IMG/VR virus record: IMGVR_UViG_3300023105_000153
Coordinates: 1-26,314 of that record
Length of the DNA: 26,314 bases
Origin: a virus
Lineage: Duplodnaviria > Caudoviricetes
Reading direction: 5' to 3' (one strand)
Position numbers and translations under genes: made by a program. The notes under the pieces were generated by a model. It searched no databases and was not told the origin of the DNA. It was given only the letters and a program-made list of their open reading frames with translations. This document shows positions 1 through 7,308 of the stretch, piece by piece; within the stretch, counting starts at the first letter, position 1; each line of letters opens with the position of its first letter.

Positions 1-150
1 TTTTCGGTTTCCTGCACTAGAAGGAGTGCGGTATAAATAGGCAGAATCATCGTTATTAAAACGAACAGAGTTATCCACCGTATATGGATAAAAGTCACCC
101 CCGCCAACTCCAGCGGCGGCTTGAGCCATTAGTTTGGTGAAGTTACTCAT
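1..150 (-). CDS. 5' part of a tail/receptor-binding protein (runs off window; likely LamG/ConA-type)
   Basis: Not in ORF track. ATG at 150-148 overlaps the upstream TAA (TAATG). Reads MSNFTKLMAQAAAGVGGGDFYPYTVDNSVRFNNDDSAYLYRTPSSAGNRK, open to the window edge. The NSxRFN..DSAYLxRTPSSAGNRK segment resembles, from memory, the start of LamG-containing marine phage tail proteins. Confidence 0.75.
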   Translation of the reverse strand, partial: MSNFTKLMAQAAAGVGGGDFYPYTVDNSVRFNNDDSAYLYRTPSSAGNRK

Positions 151-1142
151 TAGCCAAGTGCTTGGCCTGACGTAAAGCCATACCAAGTAGTCCCCCCGTC
201 AACCGTGGAGAAAACAAACCAATCTACAGCACTTGCAGTAGCGGTAAGTGTGGGAGCCGTAGCAGAAGGCCAATCGACTGCACCGGGCCATGTAACTGTA
301 TAGCCTGACGCACTAGCGTCTTGGACTATCCTCAAAGAAAAAGCATAGGCCGTCCCAGTAGTAGGAGGATTGCTAAAGGTAAATGTGGTGTTCTCAGTAA
401 GAGTGTGGCTAAAGACGTTGCCCGTCTCGCAGTCTACCGTAGTGGCATTAGAGGTAGAAGTAACCGCGTTATACGACTCGTTGTAGCTATCAGCTATAAG
501 CTCTGCGCTAACTGTCTGATCTGCGGTGAAGGTGTTTGCTACGTCATTCTTTGTGGTATTAACGTCGTAGGCTTGTACATCTACACCTATTTCTAAACCA
601 AGATTTGTTCTTGATGTTGCCGCACTACCCACGTCGGACAGGTTGTTTGCCGCTAGAAGAGCGTTAGCTACTGAGAATGTTTCGTATGCGATTGTCTCAA
701 TCAAATCACCTGCCGCCGCACCGGAAGCCAACACGATGCTTGTGCCGTTAGTTGCTGTAACGTCAGTGCCAACAATCAGTTTGACACCATTCATATAGAC
801 ATCAATGTAGCCTACGGTATAAGCAACAGTGAATGTGGTCTGTGCGGCTGTGGCTGTGAAGTTAGTCCTAGTGTAAGCGTACTGAACGCTTTCAACAGTA
901 AATGTGTCGTAAGCAATGATTTCTATCAGATCACCAGACGCGGCACCCGAAGCAAGAACCACGGTATTACCATCAGTAGCAGTAAAGTCAGCACTAGCGA
1001 GCTTCACGCCATTCATAAATACATCTATGTACCCAACAGAGTATCCACTAGACGTAGTAAACGTAGTCTGGCTTGCAGTAGCAGTAAAGCTATCTCTAGT
1101 CTGCGTAGCCTGTGGGACAGGCTGATTTCCTATGTATGACAT
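150..1142 (-). CDS. tail fibre-like structural protein with two tandem ~70-aa repeats
   Basis: 330 aa, Thr/Ala/Ser-rich. Two copies of FTATAxQTTFT...GYIDV[FY]MNGVKL...TATxGxxxVLASGAAxGDLIE, an ANNLSDV..RTNLGL fibre motif, and a beta-rich C-terminal domain (VTWPGAVDWP...DGGTTWYG). Confidence 0.75.
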   Translation of the reverse strand: MSYIGNQPVPQATQTRDSFTATASQTTFTTSSGYSVGYIDVFMNGVKLASADFTATDGNTVVLASGAASGDLIEIIAYDTFTVESVQYAYTRTNFTATAAQTTFTVAYTVGYIDVYMNGVKLIVGTDVTATNGTSIVLASGAAAGDLIETIAYETFSVANALLAANNLSDVGSAATSRTNLGLEIGVDVQAYDVNTTKNDVANTFTADQTVSAELIADSYNESYNAVTSTSNATTVDCETGNVFSHTLTENTTFTFSNPPTTGTAYAFSLRIVQDASASGYTVTWPGAVDWPSATAPTLTATASAVDWFVFSTVDGGTTWYGFTSGQALG

Positions 1143-1152
1143 GATTTACTCG

Positions 1153-2067
1153 CTATGTCGTATATGTTCCTGAAGATTTGTAAACCAATATTTTGTAATC
1201 CCCTTCTGTATAAACATCTGGCGAACCAGTAGTTGTTCCTGTATAGCTGTCTGTATGGATTTTTAATATACATACTCCTGACCCGCCAGCTGGCGCAGTA
1301 CCGCCACCGGCTAAAGACCTATTAGAAAGACCACCCGCACCACCGCCTGTATTAGCAGGTGAATTAGAAACTGCACCTTCGTAATATCCTTTACCATTTG
1401 TACCGCCCCCAAGACCGCCCGTACCAGAAGTGTAAGTCCATCCACCGCCCCCGCCTCCACCGCCAAAGTAAAGGTTCCCTCCACTAACTTGCCCAATAGA
1501 TGATGTTGAAGCATTTGTCGTGTTTATAATGGTAGTTGTTACACCTCTACCACCGTAACCACACGCTGAACTAGAAGCATTTCCTCCTGCCTGACCACAG
1601 CCTCCACCTCCCCCTGAAACCTCTATACCAGTTCCGGTAGAGCTTCCACCCCCATAACCCTGCGAACCTGAACCGCCATACTTATATGTACTACAATTAG
1701 AAGCGGCTCCACCGCCACCGCAACCACCATCTGCTCCGAGTGAAACATTGGTACAATAAGCGTATTGACCACCACCGCCATATCCACCGCCCAATGCGGT
1801 TGCAGTAATAGCCCCTGTTAGTGTGGTGTTATTACCATTGTTAGAATCTGCCGAACCTGCACCTATGGTTATTGTAAGTGTTTGTCCTGCTTCTTCATCT
1901 ACAGAGGTTGCTGTGAGGTATCCACCTGCACCACCGCCACCAAAACCGTCACCGTTAATTCCACCTCTGTTTCCTGCGCCACCTGCAATTATGAAATACT
2001 CAATATCATAAGGAGGACGGCTGGCAGTAGCAGTAATACCTGAAGCTATAGCAAGAAGTCCTGACAT
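1153..2067 (-). CDS. glycine-rich adhesin-like tail tip protein
   Basis: 304 aa. IIAGGAG...GGGGAGG, multiple poly-Gly runs, NTGGGAGG...GGSGVCIL. Paralog of 5238..6152 and 2937..3815. Confidence 0.75.
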   Translation of the reverse strand: MSGLLAIASGITATASRPPYDIEYFIIAGGAGNRGGINGDGFGGGGAGGYLTATSVDEEAGQTLTITIGAGSADSNNGNNTTLTGAITATALGGGYGGGGQYAYCTNVSLGADGGCGGGGAASNCSTYKYGGSGSQGYGGGSSTGTGIEVSGGGGGCGQAGGNASSSACGYGGRGVTTTIINTTNASTSSIGQVSGGNLYFGGGGGGGGWTYTSGTGGLGGGTNGKGYYEGAVSNSPANTGGGAGGLSNRSLAGGGTAPAGGSGVCILKIHTDSYTGTTTGSPDVYTEGDYKILVYKSSGTYTT

Positions 2068-2564
2068 TAGCTAACCGCTCCAGCTATGGCACAGACTGTG
2101 CCTGATATAAAAAAGATAGTGCATAAACCACGAGTTGCTAGTGTTACGCTTGCTACGTCTGTGTCTGTGCCTGATATATAGGCTGTTGTAATGGAACAAG
2201 TTATTGTGACATCGCCGGTAGTGTTATTAAAAACATTGACCACATCACCCTCTGAGAAGGTAGCATCAGGTATCGTTATCGACCCACCTGTACCAACTTG
2301 GACATACTTGCCTGTATCTGAAGTGGTCAAAGTGTAACTACCTGTCTGCGTACCAACAGCAGGGACAGTATAGAGGGTATCAAGCTGGGTTTGTATTGCG
2401 CTTGTTACGCCATCCGTGTAGTTAAGCTCTGCGGTTGTAGCTGTACATCCGTCTAATATATTTAGCTCTGCGGTTGTAGCTGTACATCCATCTAAGGTGT
2501 TTAACTCTGTAGCGGTGCTTAACAAACCACCCGATACATTTGCAAAATCTCTTGTGATCGTCAT
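2067..2564 (-). CDS. short tail-fibre segment with 13-aa repeats and a C-terminal domain shared with 6152..7084
   Basis: 165 aa. [TA]ELNxxDG repeats; last 99 aa align ungapped to the end of 6152..7084 (75/99 identical by hand count). Confidence 0.75.
   Translation of the reverse strand: MTITRDFANVSGGLLSTATELNTLDGCTATTAELNILDGCTATTAELNYTDGVTSAIQTQLDTLYTVPAVGTQTGSYTLTTSDTGKYVQVGTGGSITIPDATFSEGDVVNVFNNTTGDVTITCSITTAYISGTDTDVASVTLATRGLCTIFFISGTVCAIAGAVS
2425..2489. repeat. 39-bp-period tandem coding repeat
   Basis: agctctgcggttgtagctgtacatcc is identical at 2425-2450 and 2464-2489; a third degenerate unit follows. Confidence 0.9.
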
Positions 2565-2574
2565 CTTATATTAC

Positions 2575-2940
2575 CTATGGTTCCATTGCGGGTTGTTCCC
2601 ACTGCTGGGTGTCTTCGTTCCAGAGATACATATTACCATCATCTGGGTAAGCTACAGGGGCTTCCCAAATACAGCTTGTTTCGTTTAGCGTCCAACTTGG
2701 GTACGGCTGTGGTGCAATAAAAGCATCTCTATCGGAGTCGTATGTAAAACCAATACCAGCGTAGTTCTTTCTCAGTGCTACACCATCATCAGGTGTCCAA
2801 CTGTTTGGGGCATAATGAACGCCACCTCTAGTGTTGTAGGAAGTCTGCACCCATGTGCCTTCCTGTGTGTCTACAAATTCCTGTTCTGCAACAATAACCT
2901 GCGTAACAGTCCCGTTTTCTACTTTTGCAAAATGTGTCAT
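2575..2940 (-). CDS. conserved phage protein, probable fibre/adhesin accessory or chaperone
   Basis: 121 aa MTHFAKV...WVQTSYNT...RKNYAGIGFTYD..RDAFIAPQPYPSWTLNE..C.WEAPVAYP...Y.WNE. Trp/Pro-rich; ATGA-coupled to the Gly-rich gene upstream. Confidence 0.7.
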   Translation of the reverse strand: MTHFAKVENGTVTQVIVAEQEFVDTQEGTWVQTSYNTRGGVHYAPNSWTPDDGVALRKNYAGIGFTYDSDRDAFIAPQPYPSWTLNETSCIWEAPVAYPDDGNMYLWNEDTQQWEQPAMEP

Positions 2941-3815
2941 TGATATTTATACCTTATGATTACTACACCTGAACCGCCTGCGCCGCCAATAGCATACGCG
3001 CCACCGCCACCACCTCCACGGTTTGCAGTTCCAGAGCCGCCGTTACCGGGGTAACCAGAGGGTGTTCCTGCTCCACTTCCGCTAGTTCCGGCGGTTGCTC
3101 CATAAGCATTTCCACTTCCTCCTGCTCCAGAACCGTATACTACGCCGTCACTCCATGTGTTACCTTGACCACCACTACCAGAAGTACTAAAAGAACCAGT
3201 AGTTCCCGCCGCATTAGCGCCACCACCACCACCAGAAAGATAATACGGCCCTTCTGTGCCGGTTCCGCCATTGTTTCCTTGGCCTACAGTTCCAGTACCA
3301 CCAGCGCCACTCCTAACACCGCCAGCGCCTGACCCTCCGTTACCTCCAGCCGTGGTTCCTTCATTTCCTCCCCTGCCTCCGCCTATTGCCGTTTCAGAGT
3401 TAAAAGATGAATCCCCTCCTTGGACACCTACTGAAGTATTATTATTAGCACCAGTACCACCAGCACCTACAGTTACACTATACCCAGTTGCAGTAACGAT
3501 TTGATTTGTAGATGAAATGTAGCCCCCACCTCCGCCGCCGCTTCCGGCAGTATTACTACCTCCAGAGCCACCTCCGCCACCCCCGGCAACTACAAGATAA
3601 TCCACATACCCTGCATTTATAACAGTAAAGGTGCCAGAAGTTGTAAATGTATGGTATTTGTAGTCTCCGACAGTAGTTATTGTCCCACCAGTAGCCGTAA
3701 CAAAACTTTTCCATTCACCGCGATCTAGTTTTATGACGACATCGTATAGACCAAAAACTCCGCGATTAGTTATATTAGCTGGGCCTACTACGCCACCGTT
3801 ACCCCTTCTAGGCAT
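2937..3815 (-). CDS. glycine-rich adhesin-like tail protein
   Basis: 292 aa. ATGGTITTVGDYKYHTFTTSGTF, YLVVAGGGGGG, poly-Gly runs, GGSGVVIIRY C-terminus. Confidence 0.75.
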   Translation of the reverse strand: MPRRGNGGVVGPANITNRGVFGLYDVVIKLDRGEWKSFVTATGGTITTVGDYKYHTFTTSGTFTVINAGYVDYLVVAGGGGGGSGGSNTAGSGGGGGGYISSTNQIVTATGYSVTVGAGGTGANNNTSVGVQGGDSSFNSETAIGGGRGGNEGTTAGGNGGSGAGGVRSGAGGTGTVGQGNNGGTGTEGPYYLSGGGGGANAAGTTGSFSTSGSGGQGNTWSDGVVYGSGAGGSGNAYGATAGTSGSGAGTPSGYPGNGGSGTANRGGGGGGAYAIGGAGGSGVVIIRYKYQ

Positions 3816-4176
3816 CGTCTAATTCCTCGTAAGAAATCACGATTTCTAAATCTCCAGTAGCACTGGCTCCGGCCTCTATCTGATCCGATTCTTCTAAATA
3901 AATAGGGTAATCCTTGCCTAAAACAACCAAAGTTGCATCCGCCGCAACAGATATAGTTGAAGCAAGCGCATACCGAGTTGCCGCGCTAGAGTCATAAAAG
4001 TAAACCGTAGTATCTGCGGCTGAAGTACCGTCAATATTGGCAACAATAATACTGTTTATTTTCAATACTTTATCTGCGGGGCAAGTCAAAATATCAGTAG
4101 TCGTAGTGGTACCTAGAGCCGCCCCCATCGTCTTGCCGTATATACTTGTTACATTTACTAAATTTGGAGCCGCCAT
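3808..4176 (-). CDS. small beta-rich virion adaptor-like protein
   Basis: 122 aa MAAPNLVNV...IYLEESDQI...IVISYEEL; distantly similar to 4411..4719. Confidence 0.7.
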   Translation of the reverse strand: MAAPNLVNVTSIYGKTMGAALGTTTTTDILTCPADKVLKINSIIVANIDGTSAADTTVYFYDSSAATRYALASTISVAADATLVVLGKDYPIYLEESDQIEAGASATGDLEIVISYEELDDA

Positions 4177-4177
4177 T

Positions 4178-4411
4178 TTAACCTCCGAAAATCATGGACA
4201 TAGCGATAGCCTTGCCTGTAGTGGCCTTGGTATCTAGTTGAGTCTGCACATTACTTGTCACGCCATCGCTATAGTTTAGCTCTGTTGCAGTAGCTGTAAT
4301 CCCTAAATTTGTTATAGCCGTAGCCGCACTGTCAAGGTCACTCAGGTTATTTGCCGGAGTGAGGCCATCTACTAACGCTACGCTTCTACCTTTACCAAAA
4401 TATCCAGCCAT
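4178..4411 (-). CDS. short fibre linker protein
   Basis: 77 aa; mosaic of ANNLSD..A.TNLG, ATELNY.DGVTS..QTQLD and C-terminal KATTGKAIAMSMIFGG. Confidence 0.7.
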   Translation of the reverse strand: MAGYFGKGRSVALVDGLTPANNLSDLDSAATAITNLGITATATELNYSDGVTSNVQTQLDTKATTGKAIAMSMIFGG

Positions 4412-4719
4412 TAGGTCTGCTCCAGAACGCTCACAATCGCGTCAATCGCTGATGCTGTATCTGATGTCACCACAATAGTATCTGTGGTTTCTGCAATAAT
4501 CTTACCGTCCAAGGCACTCAATGCTGATCCCGCAGGGACAGGGGCATCTTTTACTATGTAAGTTGAACCAAGCTGTACATCGACAGTTACGCTACTTGCA
4601 GTCCGGTTAGCCATATTAAGGCCAATAACAACAGAAGTTGTACTACCCGGCACTGTGTACACCGTAGTGGGAGAAGTCCCTATTGACGTAGATGTGTAGT
4701 TTTTAAAAGTATTTGCCAT
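4411..4719 (-). CDS. small beta-rich virion adaptor-like protein
   Basis: 102 aa MANTFKN...VYTVP...VVIGLNMAN...KIIAETTDTI...IVSVLEQT; TAATG-coupled to the next gene. Confidence 0.7.
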   Translation of the reverse strand: MANTFKNYTSTSIGTSPTTVYTVPGSTTSVVIGLNMANRTASSVTVDVQLGSTYIVKDAPVPAGSALSALDGKIIAETTDTIVVTSDTASAIDAIVSVLEQT

Positions 4720-4724
4720 GATAA

Positions 4725-5225
4725 TTACCCTAATGCGATAGCTAAAGCCAACGCCGTATCTTCTGTTGCTTTTGTGTCTATTTGTGCTTGCGTATTAGAA
4801 ACTGCCATTGCATCTACAACAGCGGCAGAAGCTCCAGCACCATCAAAATATATAGTCTTATTTTGTCCATTCGCTATAGTAACATTAGCCCCCGAACCTT
4901 GACTTATATTAATGCTCTGAGAGCCTGTAGTGGCGTTTTCTACCCACATCAAACGGCTGATTGTGTTTGGGCCAATAGTGAGTGTACGAGTTGCTGTAAG
5001 GGTCGCACTGGAGGTTACTTTCAGGTATATAGCACGAGCAGGGTCAGAGGAACCGTCGGCTATAGTAGTGGTCGCATCTGCGTCAGAAGCAAACCCGTCT
5101 TGAGTAGAATAACTAAGAGACTCTGCAATAAGCTCTAGGTTGGTGTTGGATACAGTACCCCAGCTACCAATTTCATCGCCTGTAGTTAGCTCTGTTAAGC
5201 GTAAATCATTATCGTAAGTAGCCAT
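4725..5225 (-). CDS. tail fibre anchor protein (paralog of N-terminus of 6152..7084)
   Basis: 166 aa. First 138 aa align ungapped to 6152..7084 (97/138 identical by hand count); ends KATEDTALALAIALG. Confidence 0.75.
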   Translation of the reverse strand: MATYDNDLRLTELTTGDEIGSWGTVSNTNLELIAESLSYSTQDGFASDADATTTIADGSSDPARAIYLKVTSSATLTATRTLTIGPNTISRLMWVENATTGSQSINISQGSGANVTIANGQNKTIYFDGAGASAAVVDAMAVSNTQAQIDTKATEDTALALAIALG

Positions 5226-5237
5226 AATTTGTCTCGT

Positions 5238-6152
5238 TTATGCTGTGTAACTACCAGAACTTGTCCATCTTATAATCGTGTAAGAGCCACTTGTTGTAAC
5301 GGTAGGAGAGCCGGTAACTGTACCACTATAATCGGAAGTTAATACTCTAATGTACACTACTCCGCTACCACCTGCCGCGCCATCTTCATAGCTACTACCG
5401 TAAGCACCACCACCGCCGCCACCGCCAGTGTTAGTTGTACCGGCAACTGCCGCAGAAGAACTACCAGTAGCCCCTGCACCACCACCTCCTGAACCACCCG
5501 AGCCACCAGAAGAAGTACCGCCGCCGCCACCGCCACCGGCCTTATCACCATAAGTAGGTACTCCAGCAGGCCAAGTGTAACCTGCTCCACCAGAGCCGCC
5601 AGAGCCGCTAGAGCCGCTAGACCCCACACCACCTCTACCACCGCCACCACCGCCAGAGCCGCTAGACCCACCAACAGCCGCGTTAGCACCACCGTTATTA
5701 CCCTGACCAGCCGCTACTCCACTCGTTGCGCCCTTACCCCCAGCAAGTGATGTACCATCGGGGTCTGCCGCACCACTACCCGAACCGTAGGCTTGGTTAG
5801 CGGTAGTTGGGCCACCTACACCAAAAGCAAATTGATCGACCGGATCTGCCGCACCGCCGCCATATCCACCGTATCCGGTTGCAACAGAGGATAATGTAGA
5901 GTTTGAACCTTGACCCCCGCGAAAAGACGAACCAGCACTACCGCCCGCCCCTATCGTAACGGAATAAGTATCGCCTATAGTAAGTGTACTTGACCCTATC
6001 TGCATACCACCTGCGCCACCACCGCCACCGCATCCAGTGTTGGAAATGTAGTTGCCTCCGCCGCCACCGCCACCAGCGATAACAGAATACTCAGCACCGT
6101 AAGCGGTTTTTTCTCCGGTTCCCCCTAATATGGCTAAATGGATACCACTCAT
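5238..6152 (-). CDS. glycine-rich adhesin-like tail tip protein
   Basis: 304 aa. VIAGGGGGGG, poly-Gly runs, NTGGGGGG...GGSGVVYIR, C-terminal TGSPTVTTSGSYTIIRWTSSGSYT. Confidence 0.75.
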   Translation of the reverse strand: MSGIHLAILGGTGEKTAYGAEYSVIAGGGGGGGNYISNTGCGGGGGAGGMQIGSSTLTIGDTYSVTIGAGGSAGSSFRGGQGSNSTLSSVATGYGGYGGGAADPVDQFAFGVGGPTTANQAYGSGSGAADPDGTSLAGGKGATSGVAAGQGNNGGANAAVGGSSGSGGGGGGRGGVGSSGSSGSGGSGGAGYTWPAGVPTYGDKAGGGGGGGTSSGGSGGSGGGGAGATGSSSAAVAGTTNTGGGGGGGAYGSSYEDGAAGGSGVVYIRVLTSDYSGTVTGSPTVTTSGSYTIIRWTSSGSYTA

Positions 6153-7084
6153 TAGCTGACGTTACCTGTAATTGCGCAGACTGTACCAGATATAAACAAA
6201 ATCGTTGCTACGCCTCTAGTGGCTAAAGTGACACTAGATACGTCTGCATCTGCGCCAGCGATATATGCCGTACTTATTGAACAAGTTATGGTTACATTGC
6301 CCGTAGTATTGTTAAAGATGCTTATAGCGTCACCTTCTGAAAAAATGGCATCCGGAATAGTAATTGAACCACCGCTCTGTACCTGCACATACTGGCCTAC
6401 ATCAGAAGTCGTAAGGGTATAGCTGGTTGTTTTAGTGCCAACTGGAGGGATTGCTCGTACACTGCCCTCTTGATCTGCCAGCGTGGTAAAAGTTCCTGCC
6501 GCCGCCGAGGACCCACCGATAACCGCGCCATCTACTGTACCGCCGTTAATATCGGCTGTAGTAACGGTTCCTAAATCAGAGATTGTTGCCCCGCTAAAAT
6601 TACCTGTACTAGTAACAGTAAGGTCTGCATACGACGCTGACGTTGTTGCTAGGGAGAGAGTTGTGGTTATGTCTACCACTGCCGCACTGCCTCCGGCACC
6701 GTCTAAATAAAGAAGCTTTGAATCTCCATTTTCAATAGTTACTGTGCTACCACCACCTTGAGCTATAGATATACTCTGAAAGCCTGTAGTAGCGTTCTCA
6801 ATAAACATAACCCTAGACACCGTATTTGGAGCTATAGTCAAGGTTCTTGTAGCGGTTAAGGTGGCACTAGAGGTGACCTTAAAATACATGGCTCTAGCCG
6901 GGTCGGCTATTCCATCCCCTATGGTAGTAGTTGAATTAGCGTCGGTAGAAAAACCGTCTTGTGTGTCGTAGCCTAGCGCATCTGCTATAAGTTCTAGATT
7001 AGTATTGGTGCTAGTTCCCCAAGTACCGTCTTCTGCACCTGTGGCAATTTCTTTAAGTCGTAAATTGTTTACATAAGTAGCCAT
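6152..7084 (-). CDS. tail fibre protein
   Basis: 310 aa. N-terminal GTWGTSTNTNLELI anchor, INGGTVDGAVIGGSSAAAGTFTTL fibre motif, C-terminal domain shared with 2067..2564. RBS TGAGGT upstream. Confidence 0.75.
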   Translation of the reverse strand: MATYVNNLRLKEIATGAEDGTWGTSTNTNLELIADALGYDTQDGFSTDANSTTTIGDGIADPARAMYFKVTSSATLTATRTLTIAPNTVSRVMFIENATTGFQSISIAQGGGSTVTIENGDSKLLYLDGAGGSAAVVDITTTLSLATTSASYADLTVTSTGNFSGATISDLGTVTTADINGGTVDGAVIGGSSAAAGTFTTLADQEGSVRAIPPVGTKTTSYTLTTSDVGQYVQVQSGGSITIPDAIFSEGDAISIFNNTTGNVTITCSISTAYIAGADADVSSVTLATRGVATILFISGTVCAITGNVS

Positions 7085-7095
7085 TCTTTTTTACC

Positions 7096-7308
7096 TCAAA
7101 CCATTGTATGGCCTTCTGCCGCAGGGACGCTTGTTGCGTATATTTTCATGTTTTTTTGCAAATTCAAGGGTTGTCCGCAGTCTGAGCAGGTATCCGCCTC
7201 AAGCTCCGATTCGTCTAAATCAAACCCACAGTTAGCACACAGTATCTCAACTTCATGTTTTGGATCTATGCCAATATCTAAATTAGTCGCTTCTGTAAGC
7301 GTCCTCAT
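7096..7308 (-). CDS. small zinc-ribbon protein
   Basis: Likely start MRTLTEA at 7308 (ATGA overlap with upstream stop), 70 aa; CANC-x13-CSDC. Confidence 0.7.
   Translation of the reverse strand: MRTLTEATNLDIGIDPKHEVEILCANCGFDLDESELEADTCSDCGQPLNLQKNMKIYATSVPAAEGHTMV

Noticed and set aside
90-110. Possible frameshift at the G5 run in the edge gene
   Set aside because: Careful reading shows MSNF...GVGGG is in frame with DFYPYTVDNSVRF; no shift needed.
2425-2489. CRISPR-like direct repeat
   Set aside because: Only two exact copies, in-frame 39-bp period inside a CDS, with a 13-bp gap too short for a spacer.
1-7084. Diversity-generating retroelement or invertible tail-fibre switch
   Set aside because: No reverse transcriptase or invertase, no adenine-specific TR/VR pair, all genes co-oriented; the paralog pairs look like ordinary coding divergence.
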